64,000 nt of DNA from a virus, in IMG/VR virus record IMGVR_UViG_3300043331_001086, positions 4,820 to 68,819 of that record. The stretch is one strand, 5' to 3'. Position numbers and translations under genes: made by a program. The first letter of the stretch is position 1. Every line of letters starts with the position of its first letter. Below, piece by piece: positions 9,493 through 20,212 of the stretch. A model generated the notes under the pieces. That model was not told the origin of the DNA. It saw only the letters and a program-made list of their open reading frames with translations, and did no database searches.

Positions 9493-10302
9493 GTGGAACC
9501 GGTCCCCCTCTGCCAGCCCTGGCCCATCTCGGGCTGCGCCACCCTCGAAGGGTTCAACCCGGCCGTCACCGGTGTCGGGATGATGGCCGCCTCCGAGCTC
9601 CTGTGGGCCGCGTCGGGCCGCCAGTTCGGTACCTGCGAGGTGGTCATGCGGCCGTGCTCGCGGTCGTGCATGGACCAGCCCTTCGGCGGGTGGTGGTGGC
9701 GGTCCGAGGGGTTCCACGGCGGCTGGCCGTACGGCCCGGTCCACGGGGGCTGGGTGGCGGCTGTGTGCGGCTCCTGCACCGGGGGGTGTAGTTGTACCTC
9801 CGCGGCCCAGCTGGCCCTCCCTGCGGCCGTACAGGCGGTCTCAGAGGTGACCATCGACGGCGCGGTCCTGCCGCCGTCGGGTTACGCGTTCTACCCGGGG
9901 CCCGGCCTGCCGCGCCTCGTCCGGAGCGACGGGGGTGAGTGGCCGTTCTGCCAGGACTGGGGGGCGTTCGCCGGGGACGGCGTGTTCGAGGTGACGCCCG
10001 TGTTCGGGCAGGCCGTCCCTGCGCTGGGCGCGCTCGCCATGGGCGAGGTGCTTCCCGAGGTGCTCAAGGCCTGCAAGGGCGACGACTGCCGTCTCCCCGC
10101 GGGCACCGTCCGGTCGAAGGTCCGCCAGGGGGTTCAGAAGGTGTTCGTAGACCCCGCGGTCCTCGAGAAGGGCCGGACCGGCCTGCCCCTCACCGACCGG
10201 TTCCTCCACGCGTTCAACCCCGACGGGTTGACCTCGGGCGCCCGGGTGTGGAACCCGGACGAGATCCTCGACGGGGGTCCGTGGCGAGAGGCCCCGACGT
10301 GA
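9493..10302 (+). CDS. head-to-tail adaptor
   Basis: ASELLWAASGRQFGTC..RPC..CRLP..RQGV..TGLPLTDRFL..NP motifs. Confidence 0.8.
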   Translation: MEPVPLCQPWPISGCATLEGFNPAVTGVGMMAASELLWAASGRQFGTCEVVMRPCSRSCMDQPFGGWWWRSEGFHGGWPYGPVHGGWVAAVCGSCTGGCSCTSAAQLALPAAVQAVSEVTIDGAVLPPSGYAFYPGPGLPRLVRSDGGEWPFCQDWGAFAGDGVFEVTPVFGQAVPALGALAMGEVLPEVLKACKGDDCRLPAGTVRSKVRQGVQKVFVDPAVLEKGRTGLPLTDRFLHAFNPDGLTSGARVWNPDEILDGGPWREAPT

Positions 10303-10805
10303 TCCAGGCGTCGGCGCTGACCGCGCTCAAGTTCGGGATCCTCGACGCGGTGAGCTACCAGCTGTCCCTGACCCCGGCCGAGGCGCCGGCGCGGGCCGCG
10401 GTGTACCCGGGCGCGGTGGTGCCGTGGGACGACTGCGAGTGTGGGCTCCTGGCCGTCCACCACGCCTCGATCTACCCGTCGAAGTCGTTCCCCGAGGTGG
10501 ACCGGACCGGCCCGTTCAACGGGCGCTGTGAGCCGACCTGGTGGGTCGTGGACATCCGGGTGACCGTGGCCCGCTGTGTGCCCGAGACCGACACCGAGGA
10601 CCCACCCACGGTCGAGGCCGTGAACGACGCCGCGATCATCGCCGACCGGGACGTCGAGGCCATGCTCGCCGGGGTCGAGTGCGCGCTCGCCTCACACACC
10701 CGCCGGGTGGTCGCGGTCGCGCCCGGTGGGCCCGAGGGGCAGTGCGCCGCCCACGAGCTCTCGGTGCTGGTCGGGTTCCCGAACTGCCCGGCGGTGTGTC
10801 CCTGA
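10299..10805 (+). CDS. putative tail terminator/neck protein
   Basis: PWDDCECGLLAV..VARC..GPEGQC; GTGA overlap; synteny. Confidence 0.6.
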   Translation: MIQASALTALKFGILDAVSYQLSLTPAEAPARAAVYPGAVVPWDDCECGLLAVHHASIYPSKSFPEVDRTGPFNGRCEPTWWVVDIRVTVARCVPETDTEDPPTVEAVNDAAIIADRDVEAMLAGVECALASHTRRVVAVAPGGPEGQCAAHELSVLVGFPNCPAVCP

Positions 10806-11167
10806 TGGCCAAGATCAACCGTGGCGAGCGCAACCGGATCGTGCTGTCCCCGACGGGGCCGGTGGCCCGGGACCTCGCGCGGCGCGCCGAGCGGGTCGTG
10901 TCCCGGGCGAAGGTGCTCTGCCCCGTGGACACCGGCCGTCTGCGCGCGTCGATCGTGTCGACCCGCCCCGCGCCGAAAGGCACCGGCCTGTCGGTGAAGA
11001 TCGGCGCCGGCCGGGTGGTCGGCACGAACGTCGAGTACGCGCTCGCCGTGCACGAAGGCGCGGCCGGGCCCGGGGCCCCCCGGTCGTGGCGGATCGCCGC
11101 ATCACGCGGGGGTGGGCCCCCGGCTCGTAGATTCCTCACGAATGCACTCCCCGCGATGCGGGGCTGA
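10805..11167 (+). CDS. HK97 gp10-like neck protein
   Basis: CPVDTGRLRASI..GTNVEYALAVHEG..FL motif. Confidence 0.8.
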   Translation: MAKINRGERNRIVLSPTGPVARDLARRAERVVSRAKVLCPVDTGRLRASIVSTRPAPKGTGLSVKIGAGRVVGTNVEYALAVHEGAAGPGAPRSWRIAASRGGGPPARRFLTNALPAMRG

Positions 11168-11181
11168 CACCGGGAGACGAC

Positions 11182-11679
11182 ATGGACATCGAGATCAAGG
11201 ACCACTCAGACCTCAAGAGCGACAAGCGGGTACGGATCCCGCTCAACGGCGAGACCTACTACGCCCGGGCCTACGTCCCGGCCGAGGTGACCCTCGCCGC
11301 GGTCGGCGCGAACTCCGACCCGGCGGCGATGAGCGCGCTGGTCGAGGCCGTCGAGGCCAACCGCGAAGGCAAGGACGTCAGCCAGGAGGTGCTGATCGAA
11401 GCGGCGAAGGCCGGGAACACGGCGACGAACCGGGCCGTCATGTTCATGCAGGCCGCGCTCGAGCCCGAGTCCGCGGCCCGGTGGGCACAGGCCATGGCGT
11501 CGTCCGGGCCCGAGTGCATCACCCTCGCTCAGGTGATGGCCGTGTACCGGGACCTGATCGCGGCGTACTCGTCCCAGGACGGTGGTGAGCCCCGCCCTAC
11601 TACGCCGCGGTCATCCTCGTCGGGTGGGCGCGGCGGTCGTGGGCGCGCTTCGACGGCTGGTGCGCGTCGAAAGGGGTAG
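11182..11679 (+). CDS. tail assembly chaperone
   Basis: upstream of tape measure; RPT motif followed by an S/G-rich tail. Confidence 0.75.
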   Translation: MDIEIKDHSDLKSDKRVRIPLNGETYYARAYVPAEVTLAAVGANSDPAAMSALVEAVEANREGKDVSQEVLIEAAKAGNTATNRAVMFMQAALEPESAARWAQAMASSGPECITLAQVMAVYRDLIAAYSSQDGGEPRPTTPRSSSSGGRGGRGRASTAGARRKG

Positions 11680-11936
11680 ACCCGTGCGCCCTGCCCTTCG
11701 GTCGCTTCCTCAACCTGGTCTGGTACTGGGCCACCGCGGGCGCGACCGAGGAGCAGCTAGCCGAGCTCGAAGCCGCTCTCGTGGAACCCGAACCGGTCCC
11801 GGAGCGCGACCCCGAGCTCGACAACGTGGTGGCGCTCGCGCCGGCCGGGGTCCGGCCACCGTCGTGGTGGAAGGGTGACCGGGCGGCGTTCGCCAGCAAC
11901 GTGAAGGCACAGGAGCAGATGTCGAAGCTGCCGTAG
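11598..11936 (+). CDS. tail assembly chaperone, -1 frameshift extension
   Basis: open -1 frame reading YAAVILVGW..FDGWCASKGVDP..RFLNLVWYW..PSWW to TAG 11936. Confidence 0.65.
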   Translation, partial: YYAAVILVGWARRSWARFDGWCASKGVDPCALPFGRFLNLVWYWATAGATEEQLAELEAALVEPEPVPERDPELDNVVALAPAGVRPPSWWKGDRAAFASNVKAQEQMSKLP

Positions 11937-11954
11937 ACCGGGGGAGGTGAGACC

Positions 11955-14900
11955 GTGGCAGGGCCCATCGAGGAAGCGTTCGTAGAGATCACGTCGCGGT
12001 CCACCTCCCTCGACCGCGACCTCGAACGCATCGAGGGTTCCCTCGAAGGCATCGAGGACCAGGCCGAGGAAGTCGGCGAGGGCATCGAGGACGCGTTCTC
12101 CGAGGCCGGTGAGGCCGTCGAGCGGGCGATGGTCGAGGCGGCCCGCCAGGTGGCCCGCACGTTCGAGGAGACCGACGGGGACGCCGAGGCCGCGGCCGAG
12201 GGGATCGAACGGGCCTTCGAGGAAGCGGCCCGGCAGGTCGACCAGGCCCTGGCCGACATCGGCGGGGCCGAGGCGTTCGCCGGCATCGAGGACGGCGCGC
12301 AGCGGGTCGGGGAGACCATCGAGCGGGCGTTCACCGAGGCCCGTCGTGCCGCGGACCGTCAGCTGGACCAGATCGGTGGCGCGGGCGGGTTCGCGGCGCT
12401 GGGCGCGTCGGCCGAGTCCGCCGGTGAGGCCGTCGAGCGGGCGTTCTTCGAGGCGTCCCAGGGGGCCCAGGAGGACCTGCGGGACATCGGCGGCGCGGAC
12501 ACCTTCGCCCCCGTCGTCGTCGGCGCCGAGGCCGCCGCGGAGTCCGTGGAGCGGTCGTTCCGCGACTCCTCCAACGACTCGATCCGGGCCATCGGGCGGA
12601 TCGGCGCGACCGGGGCCGCGTTCTCGCTCGTCGGCACCGGGGCGGCCGGCGCGGCCATCGGGGTCGGGCTCCTCACCGCGGCGACGGTCGGGTTCGGCCT
12701 GTCGTCGGCCGCGACCCTCGAACAGACCCAGATCGGGTTCGAGGCCCTCCTCGGGTCGGCCGAGGAAGCCGACGCGTTCATCCGTGAGATGCAGTCCTTC
12801 GCGGCCAACACCCCGTTCGAGTTCCAGGGGCTTGCCGACAACGCCCGGCGGCTCCTCGCCATCTCCGAGGCCGCGGGATTCGCCCAGGACGACATCATCC
12901 CCCTCCTCACGACGTTCGGGGACCTCACCTCGGTGCTCGGCGCCGGGCAGGAGTCCATCGACTCGGTGATCCGCGCGCTCGGCCAGATCGCGTCGCGGGG
13001 CAAGGTCTCCACCGAGGAGATGTTGCAGCTGGCCGAGGCCCTCCCGGGCTTCTCGCCGTTCCAGGCGATGGCCGACGGGCTCGGGCTCACGACCGCCGAG
13101 TTGCAGGAACAGATCAGCGCCGGGCTCGTGCCCGCCCAGGAAGGCATCGCGGCGCTCATCGCCGGGATGGAGGAGTTCCCCGGCGCGGCGGGTGCCATGG
13201 CCGCCCAGGCACAGACCCTCACCGGGATCTTCTCCACGTTCAAGGACACGATCAGCCTCGCGCTCACCGAGGCGTTCCAGCCCCTGATCCCGACCGTCAA
13301 GGACGCGCTCACCGGGCTGACCCCCGTGATCGGCGAAGCGCTCGGGGTCCTCGCGCCGGCGATGAGCGGCCTGGCCGCGCTGGTCCTCAACTCGCTCACC
13401 CCGATCATCGAGACCCTCGGCCCGGCGTTCGCCGTGTTCCTCGACGGGCTCACCGGCGGGCTTGAGATCCTCGGCCAGTCCGGCGGGCCCGTGCTCGAAG
13501 CGCTCGGGACCATCCTCGAAGAACTGGGCCCCGTGTTCCGCGAACTCGGCTCCGCGCTCGCCCCTGTGGCCGAGCTACTCGGCGCCCTGGTGTCCACCCT
13601 GGTCCCACCCCTCGCGAACCTCCTGGGCGGCCTGGTGCGGGCCGTGACGCCGCTCCTGACGGTCCTGTCCGAGCTCGGCGTGATCTTCCTCGAAACCCTC
13701 GAGCCCGCGCTGAACGACATCGTGCCGATCCTCGAGGACGTCGCCACGCAGTTCCTCGGCGCGTTCGTCACCGCGTTCGAGGCCATCAAGCCGGACATCC
13801 CCGAGCTCGCTGTCGCCTTCGGGGAACTGGCCGTCGCCCTGGCCGGGGTGCTGGTCGCGCTCACCCCCCTCCTGCCCGACTTCACGAAGCTGCTCACCCT
13901 CATCCTGATGGCCGAGGTCGAGCGGTCCATCACGATGATGAATCTGTTCGCCGACGCCATCACCTTCATCACCCCCCTCATCGAGTTCCTCGCCGAGAAG
14001 ATGGCCAGCCTCCACGACGTGATCATGGTCGTCGGGGGGGTGCTGAACTTCCTGTGGAACAGCATCCTCGTGCCCCTCGGCAACTTCCTCGTCGCCTCGT
14101 TCCAGACCGCCGTCGCCGCGGTCGCGGCCGTGTTCAACGGGGTGATCGTCCCGGCCATCAACGCTGTGGTGACCGCGGCCAGCTTCCTGTGGAACAGCAT
14201 CCTCGTGCCGTTCTGGGAGTTCATCCGAGGGCCCCTCACCGTCGCGTTGCAGGTGCTGGCCGTCGTGGTCCTCGGGCCGCTCATCATCACGATCGCCTCG
14301 GTGTCCCGTGCCGCGATGTTCCTGTGGCGCAACGTCCTCGTGCCCCTCGGCAGCTTCGTGGGGGGCGTCCTCGCCGGCGCGTTCCGGATCGTCTCAGGGA
14401 TCGTGTCCGGGGTGTTCCGCGCCGCGATCACCGGGGTCACCACCGCGGCCAGCTTCCTGTGGCGCAACGTCCTCGTGCCCCTCGGGTCGTTCCTGTCGTC
14501 GGCGTTCAACACGGCCGTCGCGGTGGCCCGAGGTGCCATCTCGTCGTTCCGGTCGATCCTGTCGTCGGCGACGTCGACCGTGACGAATCTCCTCACCACC
14601 GCGCTTAGCCCCGTCGTGTCGTTCCTGCGGGCCACGTGGAACGCCGTGTGGAACGCGGCGCGGGGCCCGGTGTCCCTGTTCCGGTCGGTCATCTCCGGGG
14701 CCGTGAGCGGCCTACAGAGCCTGCTGAACATCGCCGGGGACGTCATCTCGAAGATCGCGAGCCTCAAGGACGCGATCAGCAACATCCCCGGCGCCGGGGT
14801 GCTCGGCGACATCACCGGCGCGATCGGTGGCCTGTTCGCGTCGGGCGGCATCTTCGATGAGCCCACCCTCGGCGTGATGGGCGAGGCCGGGCGCGAGGTG

Positions 14901-15194
14901 CTGTTGCCGCTCACGGACCCGAGCCGCACCCTGCGCCTGGCCCGCGAGTCCGGGGCCCTCGACGTCCTCGCCGCGCAGCTGGCCCGCGCCGGCGGGTCGT
15001 CCACCCCCGTCGGCACGACCGGTACCATCCCGGCGGCTGGGACCACGATCATCGTGCAGGAGGGCGCCGTGCAGATCATCCTCCCCCGGGGTGTCACCCG
15101 GGCCGAGGCCGACATGGCGGGCGAAGCCGCCGCGTCGGGGTTCATGCGCACCGTCCAGGAACGGCGCCTCGCCGCGATCGCGGGGACTCGGTAA
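11955..15194 (+). CDS. tape measure protein
   Basis: 1079 aa; FAANTPFEF and ALGQIASRGKV tape-measure domain; FLW repeats; FASGG..GEAGRE C-terminus. Confidence 0.95.
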   Translation: MAGPIEEAFVEITSRSTSLDRDLERIEGSLEGIEDQAEEVGEGIEDAFSEAGEAVERAMVEAARQVARTFEETDGDAEAAAEGIERAFEEAARQVDQALADIGGAEAFAGIEDGAQRVGETIERAFTEARRAADRQLDQIGGAGGFAALGASAESAGEAVERAFFEASQGAQEDLRDIGGADTFAPVVVGAEAAAESVERSFRDSSNDSIRAIGRIGATGAAFSLVGTGAAGAAIGVGLLTAATVGFGLSSAATLEQTQIGFEALLGSAEEADAFIREMQSFAANTPFEFQGLADNARRLLAISEAAGFAQDDIIPLLTTFGDLTSVLGAGQESIDSVIRALGQIASRGKVSTEEMLQLAEALPGFSPFQAMADGLGLTTAELQEQISAGLVPAQEGIAALIAGMEEFPGAAGAMAAQAQTLTGIFSTFKDTISLALTEAFQPLIPTVKDALTGLTPVIGEALGVLAPAMSGLAALVLNSLTPIIETLGPAFAVFLDGLTGGLEILGQSGGPVLEALGTILEELGPVFRELGSALAPVAELLGALVSTLVPPLANLLGGLVRAVTPLLTVLSELGVIFLETLEPALNDIVPILEDVATQFLGAFVTAFEAIKPDIPELAVAFGELAVALAGVLVALTPLLPDFTKLLTLILMAEVERSITMMNLFADAITFITPLIEFLAEKMASLHDVIMVVGGVLNFLWNSILVPLGNFLVASFQTAVAAVAAVFNGVIVPAINAVVTAASFLWNSILVPFWEFIRGPLTVALQVLAVVVLGPLIITIASVSRAAMFLWRNVLVPLGSFVGGVLAGAFRIVSGIVSGVFRAAITGVTTAASFLWRNVLVPLGSFLSSAFNTAVAVARGAISSFRSILSSATSTVTNLLTTALSPVVSFLRATWNAVWNAARGPVSLFRSVISGAVSGLQSLLNIAGDVISKIASLKDAISNIPGAGVLGDITGAIGGLFASGGIFDEPTLGVMGEAGREVLLPLTDPSRTLRLARESGALDVLAAQLARAGGSSTPVGTTGTIPAAGTTIIVQEGAVQIILPRGVTRAEADMAGEAAASGFMRTVQERRLAAIAGTR

Positions 15195-15197
15195 CCC

Positions 15198-18100
15198 GTG
15201 CCCGAGTGGAACCCGTCGGCCCCAAAGGTGGTCGGCCTCGAGTGGCGCGGGCACTACCCGTACGCCGATGTCCAGCTGGGCGGCGGGCAGACCCGGAAGG
15301 GGCAGCGGATCCGGGCCACGGCCACCGAGACGATCGGGGGCCTGCAGCTGGGCATCGCCCCGACCGTGGCCGGGTCGGCGCCGCTGTTCGCGCTGGTCGA
15401 GGTGTACGACGAGGACGACCTCATCGTGCCCCAGGCCGACATCGCCGTCTCGAAGCACGCCCCTAACGCGCATGGGACCGGCACCGGGATCGGGCTGTGG
15501 CGCACCCAGGCCGGGGGGTCCACGAACATTCACCTCTCGATCGATGACGCCGTGGTGTTCCCGCCGATCGGGACCGACTACATCCGGAACCTCAACGCGT
15601 CATCGACCACGCACTTTCACATGGACACCGGGTCGTTCCCGCTCACCCGGCGGGTCGGGCGGCTGCGCCTGCGGATGGTCACGAAGTGCGGGCCCGGCTT
15701 CCGGGACATCTACTTCCGGCTCCTGCACGTCCCGTCCTCAACCCAGTATTTCCCGCCCGGCGACAAGATCAAGACCCACGGGTTCGGGCTCCTCTCCGAG
15801 ATCGACCTCGGCGAGATCAACCCCGTCACGCTCCTGCCGTGGACACCCCTCGACGTCCGAGGGTTCGGCTCGGCGGCAAACGTCTGGCAGGTCCAGATCA
15901 CGGGTGCCGGGTCGGCCGCGAGCCCCCTACAGGTGCTCAGCCTCGAGCTCGAAGTCCAGTACGTCGTCGCCGAGAACCGGCTCGCGGTCGGCACGTGGCG
16001 CCGCCCCCCCATGACGACGACCACCCTGCCGGACCTCATCACGCTCGACGCGCTTGTGCGTCCTGACGGGTCGGGCGGCTGGACGAACGGCTTCTCGAAG
16101 GTCAACGGGGTCGACCACATCTACGTCCCTCGCCGGGCCCATGACCTCATGGTCGGCGGCAACCTCGCGCCCGCCACCGACATCCGCTGGCACTTCGTCG
16201 GCGGCAACGACTCGGCGGGATCCAACCCTCCCCCCGTCCCCGAGATGCGCTCGGCCGACGTCACGATCGCGGCGAACTCCTCGATGGTCGGCGCGGTGAT
16301 GACCGCGACCCCGTTCACCGGTCACCTCGCCGGCACCGTCGTCCCCCTGGTCTCCGGGTCCGGGGCGGCGTCGGTCGACAGCCAGCCGTACATGGCACCC
16401 GGCGAGGCCGGGATGCTCGCGGTCGGGGACGACACGTCGATCCTCACGACGTTCGTCGCGCCGGCCAGCGCCGCGTACCTCGGCATTCGCTTCGTGGTCC
16501 GCCCACCCGCCGACGGCGAGGGCACCCTACGGGTGACCGTCCACTCGTGGAACGGGACGACGCCCGCCCTGGCGAACCCGCAGATCGGTGGCGTGCTCGA
16601 CATCAGCGCCGCGGACCTGCTCGCCACCGCGGCGATGCCCAACATGCCCGCCGGGTACCGGGAGGTGTCCGGGTTCCTCGACCTGGCCGCGTCGCTCACC
16701 GCGACCGGGGACTATTACGTCAAGCTCAACAAGATCGATGGCACCGCGGGCACCACATGGGATCTGCAACCCGTCGACACCGACGAGAACACGTCCCGGT
16801 CGTTCCAGGGGACCGCCGACGGGTTCCTCTACGCGCTCGATGACATCGGCGGCGGATCGATCGCGGCGACGGACCTCAACATCGGGCTCGTGCTCTACCA
16901 GCAGCCCCCGCCCCCCACCGGGCTGGCCGCGTCGGTGGTCACCGACCCTCAAGTGTTCTTCTACGGCGGGTGCGTTGTATCCGGCGCCGGGTGCGACGTC
17001 GAGGCCATCGACGGGATTCACCTCAGCTGGGGGAGTCCGACCACCGGGTACGGCTCTCTGTTCGAGGCGTGGAACGTCCAGCGCCGAGACTTCGGGTCGG
17101 ACCAGTGGTGGCAGATCGGTCACGGCATCAGCGCGGCCAACAAGTTCTTCACGGACTGGGAGCTCACACGCAACCGGCCGGCGAAGTACCGCGTGCGCAC
17201 GGAGCTCACCGACGGGTCGTTCTCGGCGTGGGTGGAGACCGCCCCGGTCGTGCTCGACTCACCCGGCGCTGTGGGGGACGGGGCGTCGACCCCAGATCAT
17301 CCCGACTTCGCTCTCGTGGACCTCGACTTCCGGGCCTACGTCGCCGCCGACGACTGGACCCCGGGTGGGTTCGGATCGATCATCGCGGGTCAGTGGATCG
17401 CGCCATCCCAGCAGCAGTGGTACCTCGGCATCGACACGACCGGGCGGCTGGTGTTCGGCTACTCCACGACCGGCGCGAATACCACCACGCGCACGGCGAC
17501 AGTGGCGACCGGCTTCGCCAACGGGACGCCGCACTGGGTGCGGGTCACCTTCGACGCGAACAACGGTTCGGGCCAGCACGTCGTGACCTTCTACGGCTCC
17601 GACGACGGGGTGACATGGACGACGATCGGGGCCCCGGTCGTCACCGCGGGCACCGTGACGATGTTCAACTCGACGTCGCCGCTACAAGTTGGCCCGCTCC
17701 TCGGCTTCGCCGGTCAGGTCCGGTCCCTTGAGCTCCGGCCCCTCATCGACGGGACGATCGCCACGAACCCGGACTTCACGATCCAGCCCGTCGGCGCGAC
17801 CTCCCTCGTGGACTCCACCGGCAAGACGTGGACCGTCGTCGGCGCCGCTCAGCTGGTCGGCACCGGGGAGGGCATCGCGCAGAGCTACGACGCCGAGGTG
17901 CTGTTCGTGTCGAACGCGCGCCCGGACCTGAACGTCGCCTACACCTACGACCCCGAGGTGCCCGTCGAGTTCCTCGACCACGAGAACGACCATCTGATGG
18001 TCGTGCAGGGGGCCCCGTTCCGGGTGGCGTTCCTCGACCCCCACAACCGGGGCATGGGCATCACCTACCGGATCCGGCCCGTGTTCGGCGAGCCCCCGGT

Positions 18101-18344
18101 GGACGAGATCGGGTTCCCCCTGCCGATCGAGGAGGTGTACGCGCCGCTGGTCAACATCGCCCGGTCACGCGGCGGGCGCACCATCCCCTACGTGTGCGTG
18201 TTGGACTACGAGGGCGGCCGGCGGTTCGGGTACATCCGCCTCGGCAACGGGGCCCGCGACATCCTCGACGTCAACGTGCCCGGCTACGAGCTCAACGTCG
18301 CGGTCACCCCCCTCACCGACCGCCCGGCCGTCGTGGAGTTCTGA
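15198..18344 (+). CDS. minor tail protein with LamG/concanavalin-like region
   Basis: 1048 aa after tape measure; beta-rich, HWVRVTFD..VTFY..DG segment. Confidence 0.75.
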   Translation: MPEWNPSAPKVVGLEWRGHYPYADVQLGGGQTRKGQRIRATATETIGGLQLGIAPTVAGSAPLFALVEVYDEDDLIVPQADIAVSKHAPNAHGTGTGIGLWRTQAGGSTNIHLSIDDAVVFPPIGTDYIRNLNASSTTHFHMDTGSFPLTRRVGRLRLRMVTKCGPGFRDIYFRLLHVPSSTQYFPPGDKIKTHGFGLLSEIDLGEINPVTLLPWTPLDVRGFGSAANVWQVQITGAGSAASPLQVLSLELEVQYVVAENRLAVGTWRRPPMTTTTLPDLITLDALVRPDGSGGWTNGFSKVNGVDHIYVPRRAHDLMVGGNLAPATDIRWHFVGGNDSAGSNPPPVPEMRSADVTIAANSSMVGAVMTATPFTGHLAGTVVPLVSGSGAASVDSQPYMAPGEAGMLAVGDDTSILTTFVAPASAAYLGIRFVVRPPADGEGTLRVTVHSWNGTTPALANPQIGGVLDISAADLLATAAMPNMPAGYREVSGFLDLAASLTATGDYYVKLNKIDGTAGTTWDLQPVDTDENTSRSFQGTADGFLYALDDIGGGSIAATDLNIGLVLYQQPPPPTGLAASVVTDPQVFFYGGCVVSGAGCDVEAIDGIHLSWGSPTTGYGSLFEAWNVQRRDFGSDQWWQIGHGISAANKFFTDWELTRNRPAKYRVRTELTDGSFSAWVETAPVVLDSPGAVGDGASTPDHPDFALVDLDFRAYVAADDWTPGGFGSIIAGQWIAPSQQQWYLGIDTTGRLVFGYSTTGANTTTRTATVATGFANGTPHWVRVTFDANNGSGQHVVTFYGSDDGVTWTTIGAPVVTAGTVTMFNSTSPLQVGPLLGFAGQVRSLELRPLIDGTIATNPDFTIQPVGATSLVDSTGKTWTVVGAAQLVGTGEGIAQSYDAEVLFVSNARPDLNVAYTYDPEVPVEFLDHENDHLMVVQGAPFRVAFLDPHNRGMGITYRIRPVFGEPPVDEIGFPLPIEEVYAPLVNIARSRGGRTIPYVCVLDYEGGRRFGYIRLGNGARDILDVNVPGYELNVAVTPLTDRPAVVEF

Positions 18345-18347
18345 CCG

Positions 18348-19424
18348 ATGGCGTGGCCGCCGTCCACCGACGACCTCCTCGACCTCGTTGCCGCCGACGT
18401 CTACCAGCGCGTCGACACCTACCGGTTCGACCTCACCGACCACGGCGGCGACGTGATCGGCCAGCTGACCCCGGACTTCGAGAGCGCCCCGCGCATGACG
18501 AACGACACGGGCCGGTCGGTGATGCGCACGATCGACAACCTGCAGCTGCCTGCCTCCGAGACCCGTCACATCGACGGGATCAAGGACCGGTGTGTTGTCC
18601 ACATGGTCCTCGAGAACGGTGCCGAGGAGCGGCTCGGCGAGTTCCTGTGGGGGGACGACACCCACCCGGTCCGGGAGTGGGGCCACGAGCATCACAGCGT
18701 CCTCGTGGACCTCCTCCACCCGCTCACCTCGAAGTCCGGTCGGACCTCGGGGAGCAAGGTCGGGCAGAACGTCGTGCAGCGCGCCGTCGACCACGCCCGC
18801 CTGGTCGTGTCCGCCGTGGTGATCGACGCGGTGCCCGACCCGACCACCCTCGTGACACCGCTCGGGTGGACCCCGGACGACACCTACCAGGCCATCATCA
18901 ACGACCACCTCAAGACGGTCGGCTACCTGCCCTGCTACTACGACCGGCACAGCCGCCTGCAGATCCGCCCGGTGCCCGACCCGGCGGTGAGCCAAGCCAC
19001 CCTGTTCTACGGAGACGCTGGCCGGATCGAACGCGACTCGATCACCGAGTCCGACGACAACCTCAAGGCCCCGAACGAGTTCGTCGCTTACGACTCGTCC
19101 GCCCAGGGCACCCCCCGGATCGGCCGGTACCGGATCCCCGCCGACGCCCCCCACTCCGTCGAGAACCGGTCCTACGTGTGGCGGCACGTCGAAGGAATCC
19201 AGGGCCTGGCATCCCAGGCCGCCGCGGACAAGGCCGCCCGCGCCATGGCGACCCTCGACCGCGAATCCACCTACGCGTGGCGCACGTGGACCTCGGCAGC
19301 CGACCCCCGCCACGACACGTTCGACATCATCGACTTCTACGGGGAGAACTACCTCGAGGTGCGCTGGACGCTTGAGCTCGCGCCCGGCGGCCGGATGACA
19401 CACCAGGCGAGGAGGGTCTACTGA
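18348..19424 (+). CDS. minor tail/baseplate hub protein
   Basis: position; G.F...D and DPRHDTFDII patterns. Confidence 0.7.
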   Translation: MAWPPSTDDLLDLVAADVYQRVDTYRFDLTDHGGDVIGQLTPDFESAPRMTNDTGRSVMRTIDNLQLPASETRHIDGIKDRCVVHMVLENGAEERLGEFLWGDDTHPVREWGHEHHSVLVDLLHPLTSKSGRTSGSKVGQNVVQRAVDHARLVVSAVVIDAVPDPTTLVTPLGWTPDDTYQAIINDHLKTVGYLPCYYDRHSRLQIRPVPDPAVSQATLFYGDAGRIERDSITESDDNLKAPNEFVAYDSSAQGTPRIGRYRIPADAPHSVENRSYVWRHVEGIQGLASQAAADKAARAMATLDRESTYAWRTWTSAADPRHDTFDIIDFYGENYLEVRWTLELAPGGRMTHQARRVY

Positions 19425-19425
19425 G

Positions 19426-20187
19426 ATGTCGGTCACCCAGTCCGAGCGCGACACCATGATCCAGGCCGTCATGGGAGAACTGGTCCCGATCCTCGAACGC
19501 GGCATCGGGAGCACCGTCGCCGCCGCCGTCGATCGGGCACCGACATGGGCCGTGGTCCCCGGCAAGATCCACGCCACGAACGGGCCCGTCGCCGAGGTGG
19601 AACCCGACGACACGCCCGGGGAGACGATCGAAGCCATCCGGCTCGATGACTTCCAAGGGGTCTCCGGTGGGGTCATCGGCTCCCGGGTCCGGACGCTGCT
19701 GCTGCGCATCCCACCGTCAGGGATCTACTGCCTCGGCGCGATCCCCGAGGATCGGCCCGAGGTGGACGCCACGAACCCGTCGTTCTTCCGGTCGGTCAGC
19801 GACGACATCCCGCGGGGGGCAGGGGTGCTCACCGACATGACGACCACCGCGGACCTCACCGGCGGGTACCTCTACTCGGTCCACGCCCACGGCGAGGTGG
19901 GCTTCGGGACCGCGAACGTTCCCTACCGCGGGGAGCTCGACCAGGACGGCACCATCATCGGTAGCTTCTGGCGTTTCGCCGATCCGGACATCGCCGGCGC
20001 GAGCAGCAACGAGGGATTCGACTCTCAGGTCCGCTTCGTCGCCGCCGAGGACATCGAGGGGTCGGTGTTCACCGTCGGGTTCGGCGCCGGATCAGGTGGC
20101 ATTCAGCAACTCCTCGGCAGCGCCGGGGCGCCACGCACTCTCTCGGTCACCTGCCTCGGGCCGGCGCGCGGGGTCGCCGCCCCGTGA
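19426..20187 (+). CDS. minor tail protein
   Basis: last gene of the tail block. Confidence 0.6.
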   Translation: MSVTQSERDTMIQAVMGELVPILERGIGSTVAAAVDRAPTWAVVPGKIHATNGPVAEVEPDDTPGETIEAIRLDDFQGVSGGVIGSRVRTLLLRIPPSGIYCLGAIPEDRPEVDATNPSFFRSVSDDIPRGAGVLTDMTTTADLTGGYLYSVHAHGEVGFGTANVPYRGELDQDGTIIGSFWRFADPDIAGASSNEGFDSQVRFVAAEDIEGSVFTVGFGAGSGGIQQLLGSAGAPRTLSVTCLGPARGVAAP

Positions 20188-20212
20188 CCCAGCGCGCAGT
20201 AGCGTTGAGCCG

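Noticed and set aside
14040-14490. Near-identical DNA repeats (TTCCTGTGG..CCTCGTGCC) as a DGR template/variable pair
   Set aside because: In-frame tape-measure FLW repeats; no reverse transcriptase and no adenine-specific mismatch pattern
528-15151. Very long minus-strand ORFs (528-3323, 5406-7526, 12359-15151)
   Set aside because: Shadow frames of high-GC structural genes; no recognisable motifs or RBS
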